A stretch of DNA of 64,000 bases from an uncultured delta proteobacterium (GTDB lineage Bacteria > Desulfobacterota > Binatia > UBA9968). The translations under genes were made by a program, and so were the position numbers. The notes beneath the pieces were generated by a model that had not been told where the DNA came from, did no database searches, and saw only the letters and a list, made by a program, of their open reading frames with translations. Below, in pieces: positions 39,049 to 48,973 of this stretch. The stretch covers positions 64,001 to 128,000 of the forward strand of contig CAVUZH010000022.1 in assembly GCA_963745835.1 (NCBI GenBank), in the 5' to 3' direction. Numbering within the stretch: position 1 is the first letter of the stretch; each line of letters begins with the position of its first letter.

Positions 39049-39744
39049 ATGAATGACCAGACGATTTCCTTCTTGCGCCAGCGCATTCTTGTGCGCTATC
39101 ACCCATCTGCATTCCTGCTCGGGGCACAGTTCTTGAGCCTGCTGCTTTACGCCGCATTCGATGGGGTGCACAGCGGGCGTGCATTGCTCGGCGCGTTCTC
39201 CGTCATCGTACTGGCGCTGGCAGTCTGGGTCGTAAGTCGCAGTCCTGCGATCAACTGGATCGCGTGGGTGATTGCGATTCCAGCGTTCCTTTTGTCACTT
39301 CTCTCCGCATTGTACGTCGATCCGCACTTGCTAATTTGGTCGTCGCTACTGGAGGCGGCGCTGTATTTCTACACCGCGGGCAGTCTGATCGCCTACATGA
39401 TGGGGGATCACCGGGTGACGAGGGACGAATTGTTCGCCGCCGGCGCCACCTTCACGCTGCTCGCCTGGGGATTCGCGTACGTTTATCTGGTCTGTCAGAC
39501 GTGGTACCCGGCCAGCTTCGCCGGCGCGACCCGTCCCGGAGAGCCTCGGACCTTTCTAGAACTCCTCTTTCTGAGCGTCACCAATCTTTCAGCAGCCGGC
39601 CTCGGCGATGTTCTGCCGATAACCTCGCTAGCACGCGTCCTGGTGATGCTCGAACAATTCGCCGGCGTCGGTTATCTAGCAGTAGTTGTCTCCCGCCTGA
39701 TCGGCCTAACTATCGTACGCCAACGTCGCAAAGATAATTTCTGA
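39049..39744 (+). CDS. Ion channel (Ion_trans_2)-like membrane protein
   Basis: Multiple TM helices; FLSVTNLSAAGLGDVLP pore-like motif. Confidence 0.8.
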   Translation: MNDQTISFLRQRILVRYHPSAFLLGAQFLSLLLYAAFDGVHSGRALLGAFSVIVLALAVWVVSRSPAINWIAWVIAIPAFLLSLLSALYVDPHLLIWSSLLEAALYFYTAGSLIAYMMGDHRVTRDELFAAGATFTLLAWGFAYVYLVCQTWYPASFAGATRPGEPRTFLELLFLSVTNLSAAGLGDVLPITSLARVLVMLEQFAGVGYLAVVVSRLIGLTIVRQRRKDNF

Positions 39745-39854
39745 ACAGCCATTGGTTCGAAGCTCTGGATCAGACTCAAGTCTTGCCTTTTGACGTTGTG
39801 CTTTGTGCTTTAGGAATCAGCGTTTCATAGTCACCTACTCGCGTCGCCCCACGG

Positions 39855-40065
39855 AACTTCTTGATTTAACAACGTGAGATGACATGCAAGGCACCGTCTA
39901 CGCTGTTAAGGTCCGACTTTTTAGGCTGAAAAGCGTTGGTTAAGGGAAAACGATGCACCCGAGCAAAACCGTCATTTTCTCCATGGTTGTGCTTGGCATA
40001 TCACTCATCAATGCAGAGAAGACAGTTGCAATCGTTCCAAATGTTTCAATCGTTCCAGTCATTCC
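39855..40065 (+). repeat. RAYT-derived miniature element, copy 2
   Basis: Shares acttcttgatttaacaac and gagcaaa.ccgtcattttctc...catcaatgcagagaagacagttgcaatcgttccaaatgtt with 32770-32912. Confidence 0.75.
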
Positions 40066-40446
40066 AACTCACTGCGCTAGATACCGGAGGACAACCTGTT
40101 CGACAGTTCAAACGGTCGGATCCAGAAGCGCTTGAGACCGCGCGCACGGTGCAGGGACATGAAGCAGAGTATTGACAGCGGGGCAAGCGAAAGTTTAGAA
40201 AGTTTGCCAACTGGCGTGCCACTTGTCAGGGTGTCGGCCAATTCCACTCGCGAAGATTGATCGGCTCATTCACCATCACTTTGACCGTGCTCGCATGAGG
40301 ATCACTAATCCTTGTAGCATTATGATTCTATTAGAATGCCTTGACTACAGCGCCGGCTCGCCAGGTTGTGGCATTAACGGCCGCGGAAAATCCGTAAAAA
40401 ATCAGGGACGAACGTCGCAGAAGAAACTAATAAGGAGTAAAGCTTT

Positions 40447-41064
40447 ATGACATCAAAGCGTATTGGCGTCCTCACTTCCTTGTCGCTGTTACTGATCATC
40501 GCGGGTTGCTCCAATGTCGGCGGCAACGTTTTCGCTGGTCGTAATGCACTACAAACCGGTCGGCCCAAGGATGCAATTGACTACTTGGTGCGGGCAGCCG
40601 ACACCGATCCGAATTACAAGCTTCCCTACCGGATTCGCCCGGGCGTACTGGTATACCTCGGCCGGGCATACCTCGAAACGGGCCAAGACACAGAAGCTCG
40701 ACAAACGTTGGAAAGAGCAGTCAAGCTCGATAAAGACGATCCGCTTGTGCATCTGTACCTTGGGATCGCGCTGTCAAAGACCGGCGAGCGCGAACGCGGT
40801 CGTAAAGAAATCGAAGATGGGCTTCGAGCCATCCACGACACGCTCGCATATATCGCAGAGGATCGCGTCTACGGGTTCTTCTGGGATCCCGCAATGGAAA
40901 TTCGCAATGATATTCGAGCATCGTTAGCCGCCACACTCGATGACACACAGCTCATTATGGCGGGCGAGCGCATCGGTCGTAAGTTCGACGAGGAGATCGA
41001 CCAAGCCCGACGCGATGAAGGACGAATACGCGGAGGCTCCGACAGCAGTGGCGGTGGCAATTGA
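40447..41064 (+). CDS. TPR lipoprotein
   Basis: Lipobox IAGC; YLGRAYLE, HLYLGIAL. Confidence 0.8.
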   Translation: MTSKRIGVLTSLSLLLIIAGCSNVGGNVFAGRNALQTGRPKDAIDYLVRAADTDPNYKLPYRIRPGVLVYLGRAYLETGQDTEARQTLERAVKLDKDDPLVHLYLGIALSKTGERERGRKEIEDGLRAIHDTLAYIAEDRVYGFFWDPAMEIRNDIRASLAATLDDTQLIMAGERIGRKFDEEIDQARRDEGRIRGGSDSSGGGN

Positions 41065-41080
41065 TCACCGAGTGGCTCCC

Positions 41081-41194
41081 GGTGTTGGGCTTTCGTATTA
41101 CGTATTGTGATAATCCAACGACCGTTTCCCTCCACTAATGTCAATCAGGTGGCGGGGCCGCGGAGTTTCCCCGGAGCCGCAGCTTAACGACAGA
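41081..41194. repeat. Repeat family B, copy 2
   Basis: Aligns with 38750-38862. Confidence 0.85.
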
Positions 41195-41228
41195 GTAAAG
41201 GGGATCTTTCCGGATTCACTCGGCGACG

Positions 41229-42065
41229 TCATACTCCGCGCTGAAGAAACCGCAGGAGCACAGGCGCTATGGTGGTATTTGGCTCTTCGTTTACGCGCCG
41301 GCGCGCTGGATTGTCATCCGCCAAGGTAAACCAGTGATGACCGGCTCCGGGAATCAACATATCTTCGACTGAAGCGTCTTTAACGCGCAGCGCGGCAACA
41401 AACCGCTCGGATTGGTTGTGATGCACTATCGCGTCCTGGTCGCCGTGTATGATGAGGTACCTGACCGCCGGCTTACCCGCGAACTTCTGCAGCCGATGAA
41501 TCGGGGAGAAATCCTCGTAGTCCTCTTTCGCCTCCGGGTAAGATCTTCCCATAAGCTTGACGACGGGATCGTCGGTGCGTTTGGGCGGCTGCGTTACGCG
41601 CCACCAATCCGGCAGATCGTAGATGCCGTAGACTCCAACCATAGCGCGAATGTGTTTCGCTGTCGTTTCATGCAGCGACAGCATCGCTGCCATGTGGCCG
41701 CCAACGGAATCGCCAACGGTGCCGATGCGCGCCGGATCGATATGCAGCGATGCGGCGTTGGCAATCAGCCAATCCAATGCCCGGCAGACATCTTCCCACA
41801 CACCCGGCCAAGCTGGACTAACCTGACTCGAAAGGCGGTAATCCACTGCGATCGCGGCATAGCCTCGCTCCGCCAGCCAGGGTGCCCAACTCTTGTACTG
41901 CCGTTGGGAGCCGCGCAGCCATGCGCCGCCGTGTAAACACAGCAGAGCCGGATGGGGCCCGGCAGTCGTGGGCAGGTAAATGTCGACGCAAAGATTACGC
42001 TGCGGCCCACCGCCGTAAGGCAAATCCAGGCGAACTTGAACGTTGCTCTTATTGCTGTCGCTCAT
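41229..42065 (-). CDS. Alpha/beta hydrolase (HSL-like esterase)
   Basis: HGGAW, GDSVG, HGDQD, GAGH. Confidence 0.9.
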   Translation of the reverse strand: MSDSNKSNVQVRLDLPYGGGPQRNLCVDIYLPTTAGPHPALLCLHGGAWLRGSQRQYKSWAPWLAERGYAAIAVDYRLSSQVSPAWPGVWEDVCRALDWLIANAASLHIDPARIGTVGDSVGGHMAAMLSLHETTAKHIRAMVGVYGIYDLPDWWRVTQPPKRTDDPVVKLMGRSYPEAKEDYEDFSPIHRLQKFAGKPAVRYLIIHGDQDAIVHHNQSERFVAALRVKDASVEDMLIPGAGHHWFTLADDNPARRRVNEEPNTTIAPVLLRFLQRGV

Positions 42066-42159
42066 ATGAAGTGTTACCTCGGGCGTGAAGCAGCTTCGGT
42101 TGAATATCAGCTTTAATACTTAGCTTTACAAGATCGCGTTTAGTTCGCGTACAGAACAC

Positions 42160-42350
42160 TCCGGTTGCCTTCGATCCTCTTTCTCATCCTAACCGGCATC
42201 GCCTTCTCGGCGCTGCGCAGGTCATGGGCATTTGCAGAGTATCCAGATTTCCGTCGACGTTGTGAAAGACCCCGCGCTAGAAAGCCCTCATTGAGAATTT
42301 CACCCGGCGGAACCAGTCGCATGCGATTCTTTTTATCTTGTCGTGCATTG
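42160..42350 (-). pseudogene. HigA-family antitoxin remnant
   Basis: MRLVPPGEILNEGFL (cf. HPGEILxEEFL) and AHDLRSAEK; the middle is deleted. Confidence 0.55.
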
Positions 42351-42414
42351 AGATCGTGCAGGCGACGGCGTTTCTTTTCGCACCACGAATAAGGCGGCTG
42401 GAACCAGAAATGTT

Positions 42415-43380
42415 TTACGCTCCCAGAGCGATCGCGGTAATGCAAGGCAAGCCGTCGATCAGCGTCCGCGCGCGGCCGGATGGCTCGATCTCGACAACCT
42501 CGCCGTCGGCTGTGACGACCAACACTCCCTTCCCGCTGGGCGCGGCGCACATATCCATCACTCCTCCCTGCATGTTTTCACTCAGCAGCTCCCAGTCGGC
42601 ACCGTCGCGCGATTTGAATATCGCGGTTTTGGCCCGGCCGGCGCGGGTCCATGTGCGCGGGCGGTCCTGGGTGATTCCCAAATAGATGTTGCCGTCTTCA
42701 TCTTCAGCCAGCGCATTGCCGTAGGTGCGGCCGCCCGGCGGCGTGACTTTTTTCCAACGCGAGCCCCGATCGGTGCTGCGCGATACGCCTTCACCGCAGG
42801 CGGCGACAACGAGGCCGAGATTTTTTTTCGAAGGCAGAATCTGGTGCAGGTCCGGATCGGTCAGCCCTTCGTTCGCAGGCGACCAGCTCTCGCCTTCATC
42901 GTCGCTGACCAGAATGCCTCCGACTTCGATCCCCGCAAAGAGCCTGCCGCCAAGCTTGTCCTCTCGGCTGAGAACGCGCGTGCGTGCGGGAAAATCGGGA
43001 TTGGGCGGAAACGTTCCGCCTACCGCGCCTGTCCGTACGCCTTTCACTTCTTGCCAGCGCGTATCCCCTTTCACGTAAAGCGCGGCGGGTGTGGTGCCGA
43101 CAAGAAGCCGACCCGGCAATGCGAGCATCGAGGACATCGCCAAACACGGCACGTTGGGGTTGGCGCGCATCCATTCTTTGCCGCCATCATCCGAAACGAA
43201 CATGCCGGAGCGCTCGGTGCCGATATACACGCGCTCGGGATTTTCCGGGTCCACCTGGATGCAGCTCATCTGCCAGAACGTGAGCGCGCGATCCGTCGGA
43301 TGCCAGTCCTCGCCCGATCGGTCATAGCGATACCAACCTGAATGAGTGGCCAGATGCAAAGTTTCGGGGTTTGTTGCCAT
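42415..43380 (-). CDS. BNR/Asp-box beta-propeller protein
   Basis: Repeated SxDxGxxW motifs (SDDGGKEW, SDDEGESW, STDRGSRW); RBS ggagg. Confidence 0.8.
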   Translation of the reverse strand: MATNPETLHLATHSGWYRYDRSGEDWHPTDRALTFWQMSCIQVDPENPERVYIGTERSGMFVSDDGGKEWMRANPNVPCLAMSSMLALPGRLLVGTTPAALYVKGDTRWQEVKGVRTGAVGGTFPPNPDFPARTRVLSREDKLGGRLFAGIEVGGILVSDDEGESWSPANEGLTDPDLHQILPSKKNLGLVVAACGEGVSRSTDRGSRWKKVTPPGGRTYGNALAEDEDGNIYLGITQDRPRTWTRAGRAKTAIFKSRDGADWELLSENMQGGVMDMCAAPSGKGVLVVTADGEVVEIEPSGRARTLIDGLPCITAIALGA

Positions 43381-43623
43381 AAGCACCTCCGGATAAATCT
43401 CACAATAGGCCGGGGCAGCTTTTTCCGTCAAGCTCTTTGGGGCGTTCTGAACGCAGCGCAGCGATCAAACCTCTGGTTTGGCATGCATGGTCGGGCTGTG
43501 CAATTCCTTGATTCAGCATGGCGTGCCGCTTTTCTTGACACATTTTTTCGCTTAGAACTAGGAAGAGAGCGCACCTTCCCCAAAACTATTCTAAACATCG
43601 CGGAGCAAAAGTATCACCAGCCT

Positions 43624-43920
43624 GGGGTGAATTCTTGCCGTACCACATTGTTTCACCTCGGTTGCACGATCTGTTTGAGCGTGCTGCTCACCGTGCCATA
43701 GTGAACGTCCAAATGCGCTGCAATCTCACGGAGCCGGTATCCATGATCGTATGCCTCGGCTAACGCTCTCTTCCCGCTTTTTGCAAAGATCCGCCCCCGC
43801 GACGGCTTGGCGGCTCTTAACTGCACCAGCGGAATTTCTTTAAGATCCTTTATTAGGAGCTGTGTGCTTCTCGATAAATGCGTAGCTCCTAAATAGATCT
43901 GCCCTTTTGGCTCTTCTCAG
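43624..43920 (-). pseudogene. RAYT 3' remnant with right-end REP (43624-43648)
   Basis: Homologous to 31215-31480; end sequence ggggtgaattcttgccgtaccacat. Confidence 0.8.
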
Positions 43921-44318
43921 GAGCACTGTTTACTTTAAGCCGACGCGATCGACGGCTAACGTCTTTGATGGGTAACGCGAACGACTTTGCCATCATCGCG
44001 TAATTTTTTCTCTGCCAACTTGCCGAACCGACACGTTTATTACCTCCGACTCCACGAAAATGCCTTCCTTTATTCTGGTATAGGCGTTGCGCACATATCG
44101 CACTCGACGTTGATGCTATGAACTGATTACCCCGTGGTCACCATGGGTGTCAGGGAGCAAATGGTGAAACCGGCAACAGTCGCGGTCGCTTACTTTGCCT
44201 CCCTAAACCCTTGGTCGTTCACGGGGAATGATCCATCTGCACAACAAGCATCAACGGCATAAAGCCGAGCGGAACTCGGTTTATAAGACGGCTGACGTAG
44301 CAGGCGAATATAATTCAG

Positions 44319-44756
44319 GTGGTTAACATGCAGCAAACCTCAACGAGAGCGTTTTTATTGGTTGCACTTAGTTTGGTCCATCTGAATGGCTGCGCTGCTC
44401 CTTTGGCGCTGACTCTTCTCGGCGTGGGTGCCGGCGTAACAACCGGTACAGCAGTTTCATACACTATGGACGGGATTGCTTACCGAACTTTTACAGCACC
44501 CCTTCCACAGGTCGAGCGGGCCACGCTAACGGCGCTAAATGATATGGGAATGGCTATCGAGGGCACAGAGAAGACTGACGAAGGGAAAGCGATAAAAGCC
44601 AAGGGACTTGAGCGTCAGATCGAGATTGAACTACAGGCCATAAGCTCCAAGACGACCCGAATCCGCACGGTTGCCAAGGACGGAATATTTTTTAAAGACC
44701 GAGCGACCGCTACGGAGATCATTTTACAGACCGAAAGAATTCTTGGAAAAGCGTAA
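44319..44756 (+). CDS. DUF3568-like lipoprotein
   Basis: Lipobox LNGC, Gly/Ala hydrophobic segment, KDRATATEII.QT. Confidence 0.7.
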   Translation: MVNMQQTSTRAFLLVALSLVHLNGCAAPLALTLLGVGAGVTTGTAVSYTMDGIAYRTFTAPLPQVERATLTALNDMGMAIEGTEKTDEGKAIKAKGLERQIEIELQAISSKTTRIRTVAKDGIFFKDRATATEIILQTERILGKA

Positions 44757-44784
44757 ATACACGTAAATACAAAGGAGGTTATCT

Positions 44785-45608
44785 ATGAAAAAAGTCACCC
44801 ACTTTTTTGCGATCGCCGTTTCGTTAGTGATCGTGGCAGCGGCTCCGGCACCGAACTTTGCTCAGACATCTTCTGGGAGTAGCACGCCGGCGACCAACAT
44901 CAGCAATGACTACAGCTACTTCCTTAAGAACGTTGATTCGAAGCAGGTCGTAAACGACCTTAGAAACGGGCAGTGGACCACCACTACTACAGACCCTCGA
45001 CGAATATGTCGACGACCACCACCGAGGCTCTTCCAACCGGGAAGATGGGATTCGGAAATGTGAAGATTTCCTTGGCTCTAGCCCAGGAGAGCCTAAGGCA
45101 GCAAAACATCATGCAACCGACATCTGAGCAGCTTCACACCTCTTTGGTTGGCGGGCAGATGGTTCCGGGCGACTCCACGACCACGACCAATGGCATTCTC
45201 CAGATGCGCGCCGAAGGAATGGGTTGGGGACAAATTGCACAAAAGTATGATGTCAAACTTGGTCAGCTCATGAGCGGCAAGCAGCCTGCGTCGACGACAA
45301 CTACCAGTACGACGAGTACGACTACGACCAGCAGTGGAAAGTCGTCGACTACCGTGACAGGTAAAGGCAATGGCAAGGGCATTTCCGGAAGCAATTCTCA
45401 GGAAAACGGAATTGTCAGCGCCTCGGGCCGGACCTCCGGCACTTCCTCTAGTTCCACGAATCAGGGTGGCCGCGGCATTGTGAGCGGGTCCGGTCGATCC
45501 GTCGGCCATACCAGCGGGATTGTTACTGGGGCCGGCAATGGGCATCAACATGGCGCATCGGGAGGTGGTCAAGGTAACAGCGGAGGACATGGCAAGGGCC
45601 CGAAATAG
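44785..45608 (+). CDS. Secreted Thr/Ser/Gly-rich protein (apparent 1-nt frameshift near 44996)
   Basis: RBS ggagg and signal peptide in ORF 44785; continues in ORF 44973-45608 (GMGWGQIAQK). One extra C in the ccc run joins them. Confidence 0.7.
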
Positions 45609-45641
45609 CGGTCAAGCGTCTAATTAGAGGAGAAAAAAACC

Positions 45642-45953
45642 ATGAATGCTACTTTTATAAAATTATCAGCTGTGGCAATTGCGTTCAGCATGAGCGTGGC
45701 GATTCCGGCCGCTTACTCAGAAGGAAAAGGGAAAGGTAAAGAAAAGGGAAAGCAGAACGTCGATGCAAAAGAGAAACACGGCCGTGAGGCGGGCGAACTT
45801 CCGCATGGTCTTGAACAGTTCTCCGAAAAAAAGGGAACCCTCCCGTCAGGATTGCAGAAAAAGAAGGACGAGAATGAATCACTAACTCGGGGCCTTGAGC
45901 AGGGCGGCAAGAAACTAACCTCGACCAGCAAAGGAAAGAGGAGTTCAAAATAA
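45642..45953 (+). CDS. Small secreted Lys-rich protein with LPxGL repeats
   Basis: Signal peptide; LPHGL, LPSGL, LTRGL. Confidence 0.7.
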   Translation: MNATFIKLSAVAIAFSMSVAIPAAYSEGKGKGKEKGKQNVDAKEKHGREAGELPHGLEQFSEKKGTLPSGLQKKKDENESLTRGLEQGGKKLTSTSKGKRSSK

Positions 45954-46052
45954 GCTGCGCGCCTAGCTCCCGCTGCGGTGCTCTAACAGCTCGTGGAGGG
46001 AGTGACTGGAATAGCCCCTCACAAAGGTCCAAACTCCCACCTGCTGCTGGCT

Positions 46053-46460
46053 GGGTCAGGTCTTGCCGTACCACATCCTTTAATTCCTTCACTCGAGCTG
46101 TTTGAGTCTGCGGCTCACCGTTGCATCGTGAACGCGCGAATGGCGCGGCAATCTTATGAAGCCGATATCCATGATCGAGTGCCTCGACTATCGCCCTCTT
46201 CCCGCTTTTTGCAAATATCCGGCCCAGCGACGGCTTGGCAGCTTCTAACTGTACCTGCGGAATTTCTTCAAATCGCTTCTTCGGAGCTGGGTACTTCTCA
46301 AATAAATGCCTCGCTACCTAAATAGATCTGCGCTTTTAGCTTTTCCCATGGCCGCCTCGCCACTCCAGCCCTGACGAATGTTCGGTACTCTTTCTGCGCT
46401 TGTGCCCTTCTCTTGCCGAATTCGGCGATACCCAGTCGGTGCTCAGAAATTCGTGCATCG
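46053..46460 (-). pseudogene. RAYT 3' remnant with right-end REP (46053-46076)
   Basis: gggtcaggtcttgccgtaccacat; minus strand FLSTDW...FGKRRAQAQKEYRTFVRAG...PWEKLKAQIYLGSEAF. Confidence 0.82.
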
Positions 46461-46564
46461 GCCCCTGCGGCAAAACAGGTGCGGAAGACTCATTCGACTG
46501 TTACTCGCCATTCTCACGTAGTACATTCAGGGTGGCCGATTGAACTTTGCAAGAGGATAAACCA

Positions 46565-47710
46565 ATGAAATCCCTTCCACAGACAGATTCCGAAGTCGAG
46601 CGAGCGTCGTCTCCTCTGCTGGATGTGTTAATTCGCGCCAGCTTGATCGGCCTATTGGCGGTGCTGTGCTACCAAATCTTTTCGCCATTTCTGACGCTGA
46701 TGGTCTGGTCCATCATCTTGGCGGTCACGTTGTATCCGTTGCATCAATGGCTTGCCGGAAAGGTCAGCAGGAAGCAATGGCTCGCCTCGATTATTCTGGT
46801 GATCGTCGGGCTTGTGTTGATCATCACTCCGATGGCATTGCTGATGAATTCGTTTGCCGACTCGGTTCGTCATTTTATCGGCGCCGTGCAACAAAACACG
46901 CTGACAATACCCGCTCCGCGAGAGGGCGTTGAAAAATGGCCGCTGGTCGGCAAGCAGGTCCATGATGTGTGGTCGAGAGCTCATGCCGACCTGCCCGAAT
47001 TCGTGCGGAGCATGCAGCCGAAGATCGGCGAATTGGCCCAGCGAGCAGTTGCCATTGTCGCAAGCATTGGCAGCGGCCTGTTGCTGTTTATAGTCTCATT
47101 CGTGATCGCCAGCATCCTGATGGCATACGGTGAATCGGGCGCGCACGGCAGTCGGGCGATTTTCGTTCGTGTTGCTGGCGCCTCGGCAGGCGAGGGCCTC
47201 ACCAAACTCTCCACGGCAACCATCCGCGCCGTCGCGCTAGGCGTCGTCGGCGTCGCCTTCATCCAGGCAACCCTCATCGGGTTGGCACTGCTGCTCGCCG
47301 GCGTACCGGCGGCGGGCGTGTTGTCAGCGATCGCGCTCGTATTGGGCATTGCCCAAGTGCCGGCTCTAATCGTCACGGTTCCAGTCATCATTTACATTTG
47401 GTCGAGTGGTGATTACGGAACCGCTGCGGCGATCACACATACCATCATCCTGCTGCTGACCGGCATGGCGGATAACATTTTGAAACCGCTGATGCTGGGT
47501 CGCGGCGTCGACGCACCCATGCCGGTGGTCCTGCTCGGCGCGTTGGGCGGTATGGCGACCGGCGGAATTTTAGGAATGTTTGTCGGCGCGACGTTGTTGG
47601 CGCTTGGCTATCAGATCTTCATGGGTTGGATCGCCACCAGTCCGAACTCGGATCCGGCAGTGTCACAAAAGGAAGAGACTGGACTGGGCAATATCGGGCC
47701 AAAAACTTAA
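46565..47710 (+). CDS. AI-2E family transporter
   Basis: DNILKPLMLGRG, GGILGMFVG; multiple TM helices. Confidence 0.9.
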   Translation: MKSLPQTDSEVERASSPLLDVLIRASLIGLLAVLCYQIFSPFLTLMVWSIILAVTLYPLHQWLAGKVSRKQWLASIILVIVGLVLIITPMALLMNSFADSVRHFIGAVQQNTLTIPAPREGVEKWPLVGKQVHDVWSRAHADLPEFVRSMQPKIGELAQRAVAIVASIGSGLLLFIVSFVIASILMAYGESGAHGSRAIFVRVAGASAGEGLTKLSTATIRAVALGVVGVAFIQATLIGLALLLAGVPAAGVLSAIALVLGIAQVPALIVTVPVIIYIWSSGDYGTAAAITHTIILLLTGMADNILKPLMLGRGVDAPMPVVLLGALGGMATGGILGMFVGATLLALGYQIFMGWIATSPNSDPAVSQKEETGLGNIGPKT

Positions 47711-47858
47711 AGCGGTGCCCGATGTCGGACAATTCGCTTGGCTTAACAACTCATTCAGGCAAACCCCGCAATAGCTCGCTCTTTTCATGATTGCTCTTTG
47801 CCATGAAACCTGGATCCTGTTCGCGCCGGCTCGGTTTATTGGGGCGTTCGGAGTAGCT

Positions 47859-47975
47859 GGAGTCAGGGTTGCCTGCCACATTGTTCAATTCGTTTGCTCG
47901 ATCTATTTGGAGTCTGCGGCTTACGGCTTACCTGTCATAGTGAACGCCCAAATGCGCGGCAAATTTTATGAAACG
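47859..47975 (-). pseudogene. Short RAYT 3' stub with REP end
   Basis: gccacattgttcaattcgtttgctcgatct.tttg is nearly identical to 31208-31243. Confidence 0.75.
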
Positions 47976-48136
47976 TTTATGAAACGCCGCGCTGCACGTG
48001 TTAAAATTCACAGGCAGCGATAGAACTCACTCGGGCTTTAGACGGCTGCTTAATTCCCCGTTGCTACAATGCCGAAAAGGCACGTCGGTTGCCAAGCCGA
48101 ATTCTATCCAGCTCAAAGGAGAACTCGGGCCTGAAA

Positions 48137-48973
48137 CTAGCGCCCGAGTCGTTCCAGCTGCTCAAGGTGATCTGTTTCCGATGCCAGCATATCCTCCAAC
48201 CGTATCACGAGGCCTTTGTCACCGAACTCCGCTGCCTGATCAATGCGCTTGGCATAGTTGCTTATGATCTTTCGTTCGCCGGCGATATTTTCCTGCAACA
48301 AGTCGCGGGAAGCAGCCAGCTCTGCAGGCACTGCGGGGCGAATACGCACCGCACCGCCGAGCGCGACGATTTTATCGGCGATAAACATTGCATGATCCAG
48401 CTCGCTCGGCAGCTCCTTCTTCAATAATTCACGAAGCTCGTGTCCGAGCATACCGCGACCGGCCGCAGCGTGATACACGCCTCTGAGAAGCGTTTCGAGC
48501 TCCAGATTTAAATCTTCATTCAAGCCGGCAATGAGTTCCTCGCGCGTCATAGTCACGGAGTGACCCACCACATGAATCACAGGCAATTTAAAGCGACGCT
48601 CTATGCGCCGGGGCTGGTCGAGCGCTACCCAACGGGATCTTTGTAGTGGCAAGGTAGAGATGACGATCCCATCGTATTTTTGTTCATGACGTTGCAGCTC
48701 ATCTTCGATAGCTTTGACGGGCGACGGGTCGCCCACTTCCGTCCGAATAACATTCGCGCCCACTCCTTCCAAATGCTCTTTGGCGATTTGAGCCGTGCGT
48801 TTCGCTACCGCTTCATTATCGCCGTCCTGCCAATCCAGCAAATCTTCCACCGGCGTGGCGGGAACCAGCAAGACAAACTCCGTAGCGGCGTCTTTCTTGA
48901 TGATCTCTCGAACGGCATTGGTCAGCTCCGGGCTCGAGGCTGTCTGATTGGCCAAAATAAGGATCCGCGGCAT
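48137..48973 (-). CDS. USP-like domain fused to a ferritin/bacterioferritin-like domain
   Basis: N-half ILILANQT..S..L, GDPSP..AI, IVIST.P...SRW; C-half LNEDL..E, ELDH, GE, ETDH. Confidence 0.75.
   Translation of the reverse strand: MPRILILANQTASSPELTNAVREIIKKDAATEFVLLVPATPVEDLLDWQDGDNEAVAKRTAQIAKEHLEGVGANVIRTEVGDPSPVKAIEDELQRHEQKYDGIVISTLPLQRSRWVALDQPRRIERRFKLPVIHVVGHSVTMTREELIAGLNEDLNLELETLLRGVYHAAAGRGMLGHELRELLKKELPSELDHAMFIADKIVALGGAVRIRPAVPAELAASRDLLQENIAGERKIISNYAKRIDQAAEFGDKGLVIRLEDMLASETDHLEQLERLGR

Noticed and set aside
44785-45608. Programmed frameshift or phase variation (also at 9261-9290)
   Set aside because: Single-base indels in short homopolymers with no slippery heptamer; best explained as long-read errors.
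38750-47975. Classical integron with attC sites
   Set aside because: No IntI tyrosine recombinase and no RYYYAAC...GTTRRRY attC structure recognised; the delimiters are REP/RAYT-derived.
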